Source of the DNA: a virus
Strand: one strand, 5' to 3'
Virus record (IMG/VR): IMGVR_UViG_3300009034_000013
Span: 1-64,000 of that record
Length of the DNA: 64,000 nt
Shown piece by piece: positions 10,565 through 21,647 of this stretch. The position numbers were made by a program, and so were the translations under genes. How positions within the stretch are numbered: position 1 is the stretch's first letter; every line of letters starts with the position of its first letter. Under the pieces are notes generated by a model. That model saw nothing but the letters and a program-made list of their open reading frames with translations, had not been told where the DNA came from and did not search any database.

Positions 10565-11584
10565 ATGCCAAGAGGAATAATTTGTAAAGATGATAATAAA
10601 TTTTTTGAGACGCTTATAAAAGGTATTGAAAATAAAGATGAATCTGCTATGAATAAATGTATCATGGCACTTAAAGCTTATGTTAATGAACCTACTATTA
10701 TATTAGAAAAACAAAAAAAGCAAATCCATGCTGTAGGAGTAAGTGTTAGTTCTGATTTTCCACTTATAACTAAAGATAGTTTTAATGTTACTGTTCAGTC
10801 TCAAAATTTTGATATGGGTTATGAAAAAGTTTTCAGATTAGTTCCATTAGGAACTAATCAGGATGCTTGGGAAATCTACGATGTCGCAAACTCTCTTACT
10901 TTTGTGAGAGTTGAAGAAGGACAAAGAATTGATGTAGCCGGACATACTGGAAGTAAAGTGACCGCCTATGTAGATTATTATGGTGGGGCACTTGGATGGA
11001 CGGATAAAATGATTCGGTATAGAAAAGTACCTGCTATGTTAGATCTTGCTGAAACATTTAGGAATCGATTTTGGACAAATAAAGCTAATAATTTTTATGC
11101 TTTATTAGCTGCTGCTGGTGCACTTAATGTCACAGCATATCAAGGAGTAGCTGCTGATGGTCAATTACAGAGAGACATCCAGACCATCAATCAGGCTGCT
11201 TATAATTTAACTAATCGATGTAGAAATAAAGGTTACGGAGATACTGCTAATGCAAGATTAGTAATGTATTTTAATCCTGTTGATAAAAACAGAATTCTTG
11301 CTGCTTTTCAGGTTACATCTTCTGCTCTTGCAACTGCTGGACGCACAGGTGATACTGTTAATTATATGATTGAATTGGTTCCGACTTTCAATACTTTTAT
11401 TACTGCTGGAAGTCCTCTGCTTGTACTTCCTGGACAGAAATTACAGAGAGCTGAAGGAATGGCCCCAACTCCATATGGCCCTGAACTTGATATTCTTTCA
11501 CTTAATAGAGTGCAGGCTGTTTGGGCGATTTATGGTGGAATTGTTGCAGATACAGATCAGATAGAAACGGCAACGTTAGGATAA
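10565..11584 (+). CDS. major capsid protein
   Basis: 339 aa; strong RBS; RVEEGQRI and YYGGALGWTDKMI HK97-like segments; followed by a terminator-like hairpin. Confidence 0.85.
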   Translation: MPRGIICKDDNKFFETLIKGIENKDESAMNKCIMALKAYVNEPTIILEKQKKQIHAVGVSVSSDFPLITKDSFNVTVQSQNFDMGYEKVFRLVPLGTNQDAWEIYDVANSLTFVRVEEGQRIDVAGHTGSKVTAYVDYYGGALGWTDKMIRYRKVPAMLDLAETFRNRFWTNKANNFYALLAAAGALNVTAYQGVAADGQLQRDIQTINQAAYNLTNRCRNKGYGDTANARLVMYFNPVDKNRILAAFQVTSSALATAGRTGDTVNYMIELVPTFNTFITAGSPLLVLPGQKLQRAEGMAPTPYGPELDILSLNRVQAVWAIYGGIVADTDQIETATLG

Positions 11585-11592
11585 ATAATTTT

Positions 11593-11620
11593 ATCAGGTA
11601 TTCTAAATAGGATACCTGAT
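11593..11620 (+). terminator. hairpin terminator after the MCP gene
   Basis: ATCAGGTATTC-taaata-GGATACCTGAT. Confidence 0.6.
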
Positions 11621-11811
11621 TATTATGAGATTATTATGGGTAAATATTTAATTGTAATTTATAACAACGGAACAAATAAATATTCAAATAAAATAATTGG
11701 AATTAGCAACTTTGAGTGTTTTTTAAAATATTTTTTGGAAGGAAAAGCATCAGATGAAATGATAACAAATATCATTAAATTAGATTTCGGTAATGGAAAT
11801 GGAGAAATGCC

Positions 11812-13959
11812 GTGAGCACAAGAATAGCAAAATGGGAATCTAATACTCAGTTTGATTATAGTGGCCCAACAAAATCTGATGTTGAAATAGTTGGAACTGG
11901 TGATTCTGCTTATATTGCGTTAAAAGCAAAAGCAAATAATTCTGATGATGTCCCTTTTACAACACCTGCAAATTACATATATGATGGATCGAAAATAGAG
12001 GTATCGGGGGGTGTAGCTAAATTAAAAGCAACGGCAGCAGGAGATCAAAATTATCCTTTTACAGTACCAGCTAACTATACATATGATGGAGGAAAAATAG
12101 AAGTAACTGGTGGGGTTGCTAAATTAATTGGAACTCCTTTATTGCCTTATGGCTGGTGGCATTTAAACGAATTAAGCGGATCTAATGTTTCAGATAGTTC
12201 GAATAATGGTAGAGATGGAACTACTCAAAATATGGAAGATGGTGATTGGGTTGCTGGAAAATTAAATAATTGTTTACAGTTTGATGGTACAAACGAATAT
12301 GTGGATTTGGGGGATATTGCTGATTTTGCAAGAACACAACCTTTTTCAGTAGAATGTTGGATAAAAACTACAACAGCCGCAACTCAAATGATCGTATGTA
12401 GACAGAATACGGATGCAGTAAAAAGAGGTTGGAGTTTGTATATAAGGGAAGCAGCTGGTAATTTTAGAGCAGCTCTTGTATTATCAAGTAATATATCAAC
12501 AAGCACCTATGTTGCGGTTGAAAATAATTCAACAGATGTAAATGATGGAAATTGGCATCATATTTTTGCTACATATGATGGTAGTGGATTGGCTTCTGGT
12601 ATAACTGTATATGTTGATAATAATAGTTCAAATGTTACTATTCTTGATGCGTTGGGAGCCAATTCAATCAATATAGCAGTAAATTTAAATATTGCTGCAA
12701 GAAATGGAGATTCAGCTTTTTCATTTAATGGACAAATAGATGAAGTGGTTATTTATGATAGTGAAGTACCTGCAATTGATGTTGCTTTTCGTTATAATGC
12801 CAGTGTCGGCACAGAAGATATGTGGCTTGGTTATTCAAAAACTGATCCAGATATAGTTAATAATTCTGGATATGCTTTTTCAGTAAATTTGGATATATTT
12901 ACTGAAACTGCAACTAAACCAACTAACACGGGAATAAAATATCAAATATCTTCTGATAATGGTGTTACATGGAAGTGGTGGAATGGGGCTGTTTGGGTTG
13001 CTATAACAGGAGGGCAAACGGATAGCTGGTATTATTCTAATGAATCTAATATCGCAAGTATCATTAATACAAATATTACTAGTTTAGCGGCAAGTGGAAC
13101 ATTTAAATTTAGGGCTTTTTTACATACAGACACAGGGATAATTACTCCACAGCTTAATAATATATATATTGCGGAATCTGCTTCATATCCTATTGGTAGT
13201 TTTCCTATAGAAATGAACTGGGATATAGACCCAGTTCTTATTTTTGAATGGCTTATAGTAACTGAAACTTCAACTAAACCAGCTAATACAGATATAAAAT
13301 ATCAGTATTCAGTAAATAGTGGAGTAAGTTATAATGGAAGTTGGCTAACAAAAGATGAATTACAAATAGCTATACAAGGAATAGCATCTCCAGATAAATT
13401 AAGATTAAAAATACAATTAAGTACTTCAAATGGTATTGTTACCCCTGAAATTGATAATATAAATATTACAAGTGATACTGGATATGAGACAAGTGGTTAT
13501 TATGAGAGTACAGCTTATCAACCAGAAAATAATACTAATGGAGTGTATTTGGATAGTATAACTTTTGATGTTGTTATTCTATCTGGAACTACAATTAAAA
13601 TAGAAGTTCGGAATATTAATAATACTTTAGAAGATGGATATGTTGAATATAATTCTGGTGATGATATTCAATTGTGTGGTGATATAATTCAATTTAAAGC
13701 AACTTTTACGACTACTGGTCGTTATACTTCACGGCTTAATTATGTGTATATTGTTTTTCATACTTTGATTGGTGTAATGAGATCTATAGATGAAAATTCA
13801 GAATTTATAAAAGATATAGAAGGTGGGAAATGGGAAATAATTAATAATCAGATGATATTTTATAAATCTGATAATACCACTGAAGTAGCAAGATTTAATC
13901 TTTTTGACAAAAATGGAAATCCGTCTGAAATAGATTTGTATAAAAGAGAGCGTGTATGA
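11812..13959 (+). CDS. virion protein with LamG/concanavalin-like domain
   Basis: GWWHLNE...LQFDGTNEYVD...FSVECWIK...DGNWHHI...FNGQIDEVVIY; internal duplications PFTxPANYxYDGxKIEV and TETxTKPxNTxIKYQ. Confidence 0.85.
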   Translation: MSTRIAKWESNTQFDYSGPTKSDVEIVGTGDSAYIALKAKANNSDDVPFTTPANYIYDGSKIEVSGGVAKLKATAAGDQNYPFTVPANYTYDGGKIEVTGGVAKLIGTPLLPYGWWHLNELSGSNVSDSSNNGRDGTTQNMEDGDWVAGKLNNCLQFDGTNEYVDLGDIADFARTQPFSVECWIKTTTAATQMIVCRQNTDAVKRGWSLYIREAAGNFRAALVLSSNISTSTYVAVENNSTDVNDGNWHHIFATYDGSGLASGITVYVDNNSSNVTILDALGANSINIAVNLNIAARNGDSAFSFNGQIDEVVIYDSEVPAIDVAFRYNASVGTEDMWLGYSKTDPDIVNNSGYAFSVNLDIFTETATKPTNTGIKYQISSDNGVTWKWWNGAVWVAITGGQTDSWYYSNESNIASIINTNITSLAASGTFKFRAFLHTDTGIITPQLNNIYIAESASYPIGSFPIEMNWDIDPVLIFEWLIVTETSTKPANTDIKYQYSVNSGVSYNGSWLTKDELQIAIQGIASPDKLRLKIQLSTSNGIVTPEIDNINITSDTGYETSGYYESTAYQPENNTNGVYLDSITFDVVILSGTTIKIEVRNINNTLEDGYVEYNSGDDIQLCGDIIQFKATFTTTGRYTSRLNYVYIVFHTLIGVMRSIDENSEFIKDIEGGKWEIINNQMIFYKSDNTTEVARFNLFDKNGNPSEIDLYKRERV

Positions 13960-14366
13960 TAATAACAAGAGGATATGGAATAAATAGTTTAATTATTACT
14001 CGTGGTTATGGTATTTTTATTTCTGCTACTGGTATTGTTACAATAATAGTAAATAGCAATGAAAGTGAGATAGAAGCTGAAGGAAATAGTAGTGAAGTTT
14101 CTCCGAGTAGTTCTAAACCTGATATTAATATTTCTGGAAAGAAAAACGATATCAGTGCTTTTGGAAAGGAAAGCACAATAAATTTAAATGGATATAAATC
14201 TGATGTTGATGTTTCTGGAAAGAAAAGTATAATTAGCACTGAAAGCAAAAAACCAGAAATGAACGTTGGTAATAAAAAATCTATTGCAAAAAATAGTGGT
14301 AAGAAAACTGGAATCAATTTTACAGGAAGAAAAACTAATGCGAGTTTTAGTGGGAAAGGGAGTTAA
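13956..14366 (+). CDS. virion-associated repeat protein
   Basis: IITRGYG twice; 9-residue SGKK periodicity; translationally coupled. Confidence 0.55.
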   Translation: MIITRGYGINSLIITRGYGIFISATGIVTIIVNSNESEIEAEGNSSEVSPSSSKPDINISGKKNDISAFGKESTINLNGYKSDVDVSGKKSIISTESKKPEMNVGNKKSIAKNSGKKTGINFTGRKTNASFSGKGS

Positions 14367-14368
14367 AT

Positions 14369-15142
14369 ATGCCAGTAGAATTAACAACTGATGGAACAGA
14401 AGAAAGTACATATGTAGTAACCGCCTCCTTTACAGATGAAGATGATAATTCAGTTATTCCTAATAACATAAATTGGTGGTTATATGATTCCTCAAGAAAT
14501 ATTGTAAACGGTAGAAGTAATGTTCCAATAATTATACCAGCAGCTTCAGTAAACATATTATTGCAAGGAGATGATTTGGCCATTATTGGTACAGATAACA
14601 GAAGAGTAATGAGGATTGAATATGATTATGATTCCTTATTAGGATTTGGATTACCGGGAAAAGCTGAAATTGAATTTGATATAACTAATCTTGAAACATA
14701 TGTAGGAGCATTAGAGACTTTATTAACATTAACAGTAAATACAAATACATGGGCAACATTAGCAGAGGCAAATTCTTATATGGAATCTATTTGGAGTGGA
14801 GAAGTTTGGATAGCATTAGCAATAGAAAATAGAAAGAAGTTATTGATACATGCATACAGATGGATTAATAGGTTATCAAATTATTCAATAAGTTCGGTTA
14901 CAAATAAATTGAAATATGCTCAAATAGAATTAGCTTGGTATATTTATGAAAATTCTGATACCCATAAAAAGCATGAAGCATTAGAAGCTCAGGGAGTTAC
15001 TGAATTTAGATTAAGTAAATTTTATGAAAAATTGAGTAAGGTGGGATTGCCACAAGTGGTAAAAGATTTACTTGATGATTATGATGTTGGAAGTGGGGGA
15101 TATGTTCCATTACTTGAAAGAGAAGTTGATGATAATGAATAA
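14369..15142 (+). CDS. head-tail adaptor fused to an N-terminal Ig-like domain
   Basis: NTWATLAEANSY...LLIHAYRWI...LKYAQIELA connector-type motif. Confidence 0.65.
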   Translation: MPVELTTDGTEESTYVVTASFTDEDDNSVIPNNINWWLYDSSRNIVNGRSNVPIIIPAASVNILLQGDDLAIIGTDNRRVMRIEYDYDSLLGFGLPGKAEIEFDITNLETYVGALETLLTLTVNTNTWATLAEANSYMESIWSGEVWIALAIENRKKLLIHAYRWINRLSNYSISSVTNKLKYAQIELAWYIYENSDTHKKHEALEAQGVTEFRLSKFYEKLSKVGLPQVVKDLLDDYDVGSGGYVPLLEREVDDNE

Positions 15143-16076
15143 AAGACAATTTCTATCAGAAATAATTAGAATAAGAAATTCACTTCAGGAAAATATATCA
15201 ATTGCATTATCTTCTAATAGTATATCCAATTCATATTGGGCAAGAAAAAGAAAAAGAATAAATCGTTTATATGATGAATTAGAATTTGCTTGGACTGAAT
15301 ATTTAAATAATTCTAAAAAAATATTTGAAGATGAAAGATGGAAACAAATTACAATAGCAAGAAAAGAGAAATCCCAACTTAAAAAAATTCCATTTAGCAA
15401 AGAAATAGAGTTAGAAATTGTTCGTAATTTTTCTAATAATTTTATAGAAGATTTTGATATTGTAATTGAAGATAGTATAAAACCACATTTAGTATTGATG
15501 AGATTAATTGAAGCTGATAATAAAATGGGGAAAATAAGGGAGATAGAAGCTTTTTTTGAAGAAGATGAAATTGAACAATTGATAAGAGAGGCAGAAGATT
15601 ATCCAACAGTCAGAAAAGAAATAATAAGTAAGTTGGCAGTTCAATCAAAAGATGGAAAATTTATTACTACTATTACAAGAACAGGTAAAGCTATAAATCG
15701 TAATATCAAGAAATATGCTGAAATGTTATTAAGAACAACGACAAGAGAATTACAAACTCAAGGGACATTATATGCAGCAGAGGAAGTTGGTTCAGATTTA
15801 ATCCAAGTAAGTAGTCATAATACAACATGTCCAATTTGTGTTGAGTATGAGGGAAAAATATATAGTAGAAGTGGAACAAGTCAAATATTTCCTCCATTAG
15901 AAGAAACACCTCCTTATCATCCTTATTGTTTGCACAGTATAACAGTTACATTTATAGAATCATTATATAGAGAGGGAATTGATCAATATATAGATTTTTC
16001 ACAAGGAAGATCTAAACAACACCCAACTATTAAAGATTGGATACCAATTGAAGAAAGGAATATAAGAGCCGCATGA
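15135..16076 (+). CDS. minor capsid / head morphogenesis (MuF-like) protein
   Basis: YAEMLLRT, SSHNTTCPIC...EGKIYS, PPYHPYCLH; coupled ATG at 15135. Confidence 0.8.
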   Translation: MNKRQFLSEIIRIRNSLQENISIALSSNSISNSYWARKRKRINRLYDELEFAWTEYLNNSKKIFEDERWKQITIARKEKSQLKKIPFSKEIELEIVRNFSNNFIEDFDIVIEDSIKPHLVLMRLIEADNKMGKIREIEAFFEEDEIEQLIREAEDYPTVRKEIISKLAVQSKDGKFITTITRTGKAINRNIKKYAEMLLRTTTRELQTQGTLYAAEEVGSDLIQVSSHNTTCPICVEYEGKIYSRSGTSQIFPPLEETPPYHPYCLHSITVTFIESLYREGIDQYIDFSQGRSKQHPTIKDWIPIEERNIRAA

Positions 16077-17899
16077 ACAAAGTAATATCCTTAAATGAAA
16101 TTAGAAAAGATGTAGATTTAAAAACAACAGAAACATCACTTGGGAGTAAATCATTACAAATACATAAGATTTTTGTGGAAGAAAAGAAAGAAGAAAATAA
16201 ATTTTATACGAAGGAGATATCTGTGGAAAAGAAGGAAGAAAGAAATAACAAAGTAATAAGAAGTAGAGATGTTGATAAAGTTTGGGATATATATATGAAT
16301 AATGGATGGATAGATGGAAAAGTTTACACTCCAGGACCGTTTGGAGGAATAAATAATTGTTGGAAAAACAAGCCATGTTTTGTGATAGGAAGTGGACCTG
16401 ATTTAAAAGTATTTATAGATCAAGTAGGATTTCAATTTTTAGAAGGGAAACATTCTATAGGAATAAATCATGTAATAGAAACTTGGGATAGATTTGAATG
16501 GTTTTTATTTCTTGATCGAAGATTTTTGAAAAAAACGACTTACGATTTATATAAATTTAAAGGAAAAATATTTGCTCAAAATAATACAGGTATTTCTGCC
16601 GATTTAAAAAATGTAGTAAGGTTTCAGTGCGGAACAAAAAAACCTACTATAGATATAAAAGATGGTTTATATTCAAATAAATTTTCAGGATTAGCAGCTC
16701 TTAATCTTGCTATTATAGCAGGAGCAAATCCTATTTTCTTAATTGGGTTTGGTATGGGGAAAGATGGCAATAAAAATTTATTTCATTTTAGAACAAAATA
16801 TCAAGGAGTAGGAACTCAACCAAAAGAACAATATGGAAAATATTTAAAAGTATATAATAATTTTAGACATTTTAAAAAATGGCATCCAGCTATAATTCAT
16901 GTGACAGAAGGACAGTCATTAGTAGATTTTAAGAAAATAAATTTTCAAACATTAAAAAGAAAATTTAATATCAGTAAGAGATTTGAAAAAAATGTAAATG
17001 TAAACAAAAATATAGCGCCAAGAATAGTTCATTTATCTTTTAGCAATAATGTAAATGTTCATGCAGATATAACAAGAGCTATTATAGATAAATGTTATGG
17101 GAATCATTATTTATATACTTTTAATGATATTCCAAATGCAGATTTATATATCACAGAGCATTTTATCAGTACAAGAAGATTTATAGATAATTTTCCTTAC
17201 AGACATAAAACAATTAATATTATCCACAGTATGAATTGTTTTCCTATTGGAAATTGGAAATGTAATGTGGCATTAACTCATGCATGGAAAACATTATTAA
17301 GTAAAAGAGGGGTACAAAATATTAGAGTTATTTATGGGGGAATAAATTTAAAACCATATAAAAATGTTAATAGAAATAAAGGAAGAAAAATATTCGGAAG
17401 AATTACAAGATGGAGTCCTGGAAAAATTCCTGATTGGTGGAATGGAATGATTACCGAGATTCTTGATGCAAATGAAAATGTAAGTTGTTTGATGTTTATT
17501 GATAATAGAAATAGAGCAAGAAAATTACTAAATCATAAAAGAATGATTTATGATTATAGTTGTAAAATAAATGATTTTAAAGGGAATTGGTTAAAAAAAT
17601 TGAATATATATGTCCATGCTAATGGGTATTTTAGAGAGACTATGAGTTTTGCAGCTATAGAAGCTATGGCTACTGGATTACCTATAATATATTTAAAAGA
17701 ACCTGCTTTAAGAGAAGTTGTTGGGGATAATGGAATTTGTGTTAATAATAAACAGGAATTGAAAACGACAATATTAAATTTATTATATGATAATGATATC
17801 TGTGAAAAATATAGTCAATTAAGTAAAGAAAGATCTAAATTTTTCGATATTAAAAAGACTATAAAGAAGTTTGATGAATTGATAAAGGAAATGGTATAA
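16073..17899 (+). CDS. bifunctional glycosyltransferase (Maf/DUF115-like + GT4)
   Basis: CFVIGSGPDL, SIGINH, SGLAALNLAIIAGANPIFLIGF; C-terminal ETMSFAAIEAMATGLPII. Confidence 0.85.
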   Translation: MNKVISLNEIRKDVDLKTTETSLGSKSLQIHKIFVEEKKEENKFYTKEISVEKKEERNNKVIRSRDVDKVWDIYMNNGWIDGKVYTPGPFGGINNCWKNKPCFVIGSGPDLKVFIDQVGFQFLEGKHSIGINHVIETWDRFEWFLFLDRRFLKKTTYDLYKFKGKIFAQNNTGISADLKNVVRFQCGTKKPTIDIKDGLYSNKFSGLAALNLAIIAGANPIFLIGFGMGKDGNKNLFHFRTKYQGVGTQPKEQYGKYLKVYNNFRHFKKWHPAIIHVTEGQSLVDFKKINFQTLKRKFNISKRFEKNVNVNKNIAPRIVHLSFSNNVNVHADITRAIIDKCYGNHYLYTFNDIPNADLYITEHFISTRRFIDNFPYRHKTINIIHSMNCFPIGNWKCNVALTHAWKTLLSKRGVQNIRVIYGGINLKPYKNVNRNKGRKIFGRITRWSPGKIPDWWNGMITEILDANENVSCLMFIDNRNRARKLLNHKRMIYDYSCKINDFKGNWLKKLNIYVHANGYFRETMSFAAIEAMATGLPIIYLKEPALREVVGDNGICVNNKQELKTTILNLLYDNDICEKYSQLSKERSKFFDIKKTIKKFDELIKEMV

Positions 17900-18162
17900 T
17901 GATATTTTTTGAGATTTTAAAAAAAGAATTAAATTATTGGAAAAAACAAAGATCTTTAGTTTTAGTTAAAGGCAGAAGAACGAATTTATCTAATAGATTT
18001 AGAAAAAATAGAATAAATAATTTAAATAAGGATGAATTACGTAATTATAATTATTGGGATGAAGAAGGACAATTAACAAGTGATGAAAGAAAAGAAATAC
18101 AAAATATTAAATATCCAAATATTTTTAATCTTATTGGAAACATTATGGGGAGAATAATATGA
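17899..18162 (+). CDS. hypothetical protein
   Basis: Coupled ORF in the operon. Confidence 0.5.
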   Translation: MIFFEILKKELNYWKKQRSLVLVKGRRTNLSNRFRKNRINNLNKDELRNYNYWDEEGQLTSDERKEIQNIKYPNIFNLIGNIMGRII

Positions 18163-18833
18163 ATATAGCATTAGTTCTATTAGCAAGAATTGGAAGCAAA
18201 AGAATTCCTAAAAAACCACTTGTTAAACTTGGTGGAAAATATTTAATTGAATGGACATTAAATATTATGAGACAACTTCCATATCCTTCTTATATATTTT
18301 CTGATAGTGAACAAGTAAAAGATATTGTTAGAGAATATAAATTAAATGCAAGAGATAAAATTTTAGAAAATAAGGAAGGAAAACATTATACATCAGAAGA
18401 ATTGAAAGAATATAATAAAGAAATGAATGCAGATATTATTGTTTTATTTCAATCAACTTCCCCATTTAAAAATTTAGAATTAATAAATCAATGGATATTA
18501 GAATTTCCTTTGTATAATGTTAATTGTGCTTTTACTGTTTATCCTGTTATAGGCATTTTTTACACAGAAGATGGTAAAAGGATTTGGCCTATATATAGAG
18601 GATATGAGAATAATAAAAGATTATACAAAGAAACTGGATCTATATATATATTTGAAAAAGAGCAGATTGAAAAAGATCATATAACATTAGGCACAAAAAA
18701 ATTATTAATAGATCCTTATGATTTTGATATTGATACGTATGAAGATTTGAAAGAAGCAGAATTATTTTTAAAAGAAGAAGAAAAGTATAATAGAGTTAAT
18801 AGGAAAGAAAATGAAAACACATTTGATTCTTGA
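18159..18833 (+). CDS. neuA: acylneuraminate (nonulosonate) cytidylyltransferase
   Basis: LARIGSKRIPKK, QSTSPF, ETGSIY, DIDTYEDL. Confidence 0.92.
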   Translation: MNIALVLLARIGSKRIPKKPLVKLGGKYLIEWTLNIMRQLPYPSYIFSDSEQVKDIVREYKLNARDKILENKEGKHYTSEELKEYNKEMNADIIVLFQSTSPFKNLELINQWILEFPLYNVNCAFTVYPVIGIFYTEDGKRIWPIYRGYENNKRLYKETGSIYIFEKEQIEKDHITLGTKKLLIDPYDFDIDTYEDLKEAELFLKEEEKYNRVNRKENENTFDS

Positions 18834-19644
18834 GACGGGGTGTAATCATCAAGGTGATTTTAATATAGCTAAAAAAATGATAGATGAAGCATCTAAATTA
18901 AATATTTGGGCTGTTAAATTTCAAAAAAGAGATATTGAATCATTTTCAAAAGAATTAAAAAATATACCAAGAGATTTAAATAATTCTTTTGGAATAAATT
19001 ATTATGAGCACAGAAAAGTATTAGAATTTTCTTGTGAAGAAATTAAAGAATTGATGGAATATGCTAATCAAAAGAATCTTGTTTTTATATGTTCTGCATT
19101 TGATGAAAGAAGTATTTACGATTTAATTAAAATTGAATGTAAATGGATTAAATTGCCTTCTCAATTATTTACAAATAAATATTTTAAAGAAATACTTCTA
19201 AATATTAAAAAAAGTGAAGGAACAAAAATAATTGTTTCAACTGGGATGCATGAAGATGAAGAAATATTTGTAAATAGTTGGATAAGTCATGCTGATGTTG
19301 TTCTACATTGTATTTCTACATACCCAACAACTTTGACAAAAATGAATTTAAATATGTTACAAAAATTAAAAAGAAATGTTGTAAAAGAAATAGGCTATTC
19401 ATCTCATGAAAATGAAGGTTATGGAATAAAATATGCTGTTATGTGTGGGGCTAAATATATAGAAAGGCATTTTACTTTGAATAAAGAATGGAAAGGTTCA
19501 GATCATGGAACTGTCTCAAGTGATCCTCCTGAAATAGAAAGAATAATTTCTGATATTAAATGGGCTGAAAGAATACTTGGAGAAGGAAACAGAAAATGTG
19601 CTTTGAAAGAAAGAAAAGTTAGAAAAATATATAGAGGATTTTGA
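18811..19644 (+). CDS. neuB: N-acetylneuraminate/nonulosonate synthase (no C-terminal SAF domain)
   Basis: ETGCNHQGD, AVKFQKR, STGM, LHCISTYP, GYSSHE, IERHFTL, GSDH. Confidence 0.93.
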   Translation: MKTHLILETGCNHQGDFNIAKKMIDEASKLNIWAVKFQKRDIESFSKELKNIPRDLNNSFGINYYEHRKVLEFSCEEIKELMEYANQKNLVFICSAFDERSIYDLIKIECKWIKLPSQLFTNKYFKEILLNIKKSEGTKIIVSTGMHEDEEIFVNSWISHADVVLHCISTYPTTLTKMNLNMLQKLKRNVVKEIGYSSHENEGYGIKYAVMCGAKYIERHFTLNKEWKGSDHGTVSSDPPEIERIISDIKWAERILGEGNRKCALKERKVRKIYRGF

Positions 19645-20282
19645 TGTTAAGCAAAGGATTAATTGTATCAGTTCAAGGTTATTCAAGAAAAACAACAGAA
19701 GAATTAATTATTGAGATTGCAAATGCCGGAGCTGTAGCAATTAGAACAGATAAAAAATCTAATAGCAGATTGCCTTTGATTGGCTTGATTAAAAATAAAG
19801 TTAGAGATAGAAAAGAATGCGCTTATATAACTAATACATTAGACACTGTTAAAGAAGTTGAAAAATGGACAAAATATATAGCTATTGATTATAGAATTAT
19901 AAATGATGAATTAGAAGAAATAAGTAATTATTGTAAAGAAAAAAGACTAATTGTTATTGCTGATATTTCTAATATATTTGATTATATGACTATTAAAGAA
20001 AATGATTATTATTATTCTTATATAGCAACAACATTAAGCGTACTTTTTAATGAAGGATATAATCCTGATTTTGAATTAATTGAAAAACTCAATAGAGAAG
20101 GATGTAAAAATATAATAGCAGAAGGAAATTTTTATCAAAGAAATCAATTATATACAGCTTATGAGCTTGGGGCATGTAATGTATGTGTTGGTAATGCTAT
20201 TACTAATGTTTTTAGATTAACAAGGAATTTTTCATCAGTAAATATAAGAGAGAATAGAAATGAAGATACCAAAAGAATTTAA
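19641..20282 (+). CDS. nanE: N-acetylmannosamine-6-phosphate 2-epimerase-like protein
   Basis: GLIVSVQ, PLIGLIK, IADIS, IATTLS, IIAEG, VCVGNAIT. Confidence 0.8.
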   Translation: MMLSKGLIVSVQGYSRKTTEELIIEIANAGAVAIRTDKKSNSRLPLIGLIKNKVRDRKECAYITNTLDTVKEVEKWTKYIAIDYRIINDELEEISNYCKEKRLIVIADISNIFDYMTIKENDYYYSYIATTLSVLFNEGYNPDFELIEKLNREGCKNIIAEGNFYQRNQLYTAYELGACNVCVGNAITNVFRLTRNFSSVNIRENRNEDTKRI

Positions 20283-20568
20283 ATTAATGGGGCAAACTAT
20301 AAATGTAGAATATAAAAATAAACTTATACAGGAAACAGACTGTATTGGACAAGCATCCTATAGAGAAAATAAAATTTTTCTGCAAAAACAAGTAGAAGGA
20401 ATTACAAGAAAAAAAGAAATGATAGAACAGACATTTTTACATGAACTTCTACATTTTATTTTAGACAGAATGGGAGAAAATGAATTAAGGGATAATGAAA
20501 AATTTATCAACATGTTTTCTGGTTTACTTCATCAATATATTGAATCAAATAAAGGAGAATTGAAATGA
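20260..20568 (+). CDS. HExxH metallopeptidase-like phage protein
   Basis: QTFLHELLHFI. Confidence 0.7.
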   Translation: MKIPKEFKLMGQTINVEYKNKLIQETDCIGQASYRENKIFLQKQVEGITRKKEMIEQTFLHELLHFILDRMGENELRDNEKFINMFSGLLHQYIESNKGELK

Positions 20569-20891
20569 CTTTTATCATTGATATCGACGATACAATTTTA
20601 GTAGCTAATAAAATTAAATGTGATAAATGTAATCGACTATCATATGAAAATGCAGAACCTATTTTAAATGAAATTGAAGCAGTTAATAAATTATATAGCC
20701 TTGGTCATATAATAATATTTCTTACAGGAAGGAATTGGGATTGTTATAAACAAACAGTCATTCAATTATATTCATTAAAAGTAAAATATCATAATTTGAT
20801 TATGGGCAAACCTCAAGGAATTTATATAGATAGAACAGATAATTTGAACAGCGTATTTCAAGCATTAAAATTAGTAGGAGAAAAAAACTAA
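20565..20891 (+). CDS. HAD-family phosphatase (capsule-biosynthesis type)
   Basis: DIDDTI, LTGR, MGKP, YID. Confidence 0.85.
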   Translation: MTFIIDIDDTILVANKIKCDKCNRLSYENAEPILNEIEAVNKLYSLGHIIIFLTGRNWDCYKQTVIQLYSLKVKYHNLIMGKPQGIYIDRTDNLNSVFQALKLVGEKN

Positions 20892-21644
20892 ATGGAATTT
20901 ATCTTAATTATTTTGGCTTTTATATGTGAATTTATTGATTCGAGTTTAGGTATGGGATTTGGGACAACATTAACTCCTATATTATTATTAATGGGATTTG
21001 AAGCCATACAAATTGTTCCTTGTATTTTATTATCAGAATTATGTTCTGGTATTTTTTCAGCCATATTACATCACAAAGCTGGGAATGTTAATTTTAAAAC
21101 AAATTCAAAAGATTTAAAAATAGCATTAATAGTAGGTTCTTTTTCAATAATAGGATGTATTATAGCTGTTAATATTGCAATATCTATACCAAAAAATATA
21201 TTGAATTTAATTATTTCCTGTATTGTAATATCTATGGGGATAATTATTTTAGTTACATTTAATAAGAAAACAAAATTTGCTTGGTGGAAAGTAGGGGTAT
21301 TAGGAACAATAGCAAGTTTTAATAAAGGCTTATCAGGTGGAGGATATGGTCCTGTTGTTATGGGGGGTCAAGTATTTTCTGGAGTGAAAACAAAAAATGC
21401 TATAGGAATTACAAGTTTTGCAGAAAGTATGACTTGTTTGATTGGGATAATTATATTTTTAATTGCTGGAAAATTATTAAGTTTAAATATATTACCTTTT
21501 ATAATAGTAGGAGCGATGTTATCTGTTCCTTTATCTGTATTTATAGTGAAAAAGTTACCAGAGAAAAAATTAAAAATTGGAGTAGGTATTTTTATTATTG
21601 GATTGGGAATATTTACTTTGCTAAAATTATTTTTATGGGGTTGA
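20892..21644 (+). CDS. TauE/SafE family sulfite/sulfur-compound exporter
   Basis: DSSLGMGFGTTLTP, KGLSGGGYGP; about 8 TM segments. Confidence 0.88.
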   Translation: MEFILIILAFICEFIDSSLGMGFGTTLTPILLLMGFEAIQIVPCILLSELCSGIFSAILHHKAGNVNFKTNSKDLKIALIVGSFSIIGCIIAVNIAISIPKNILNLIISCIVISMGIIILVTFNKKTKFAWWKVGVLGTIASFNKGLSGGGYGPVVMGGQVFSGVKTKNAIGITSFAESMTCLIGIIIFLIAGKLLSLNILPFIIVGAMLSVPLSVFIVKKLPEKKLKIGVGIFIIGLGIFTLLKLFLWG

Positions 21645-21647
21645 AAT

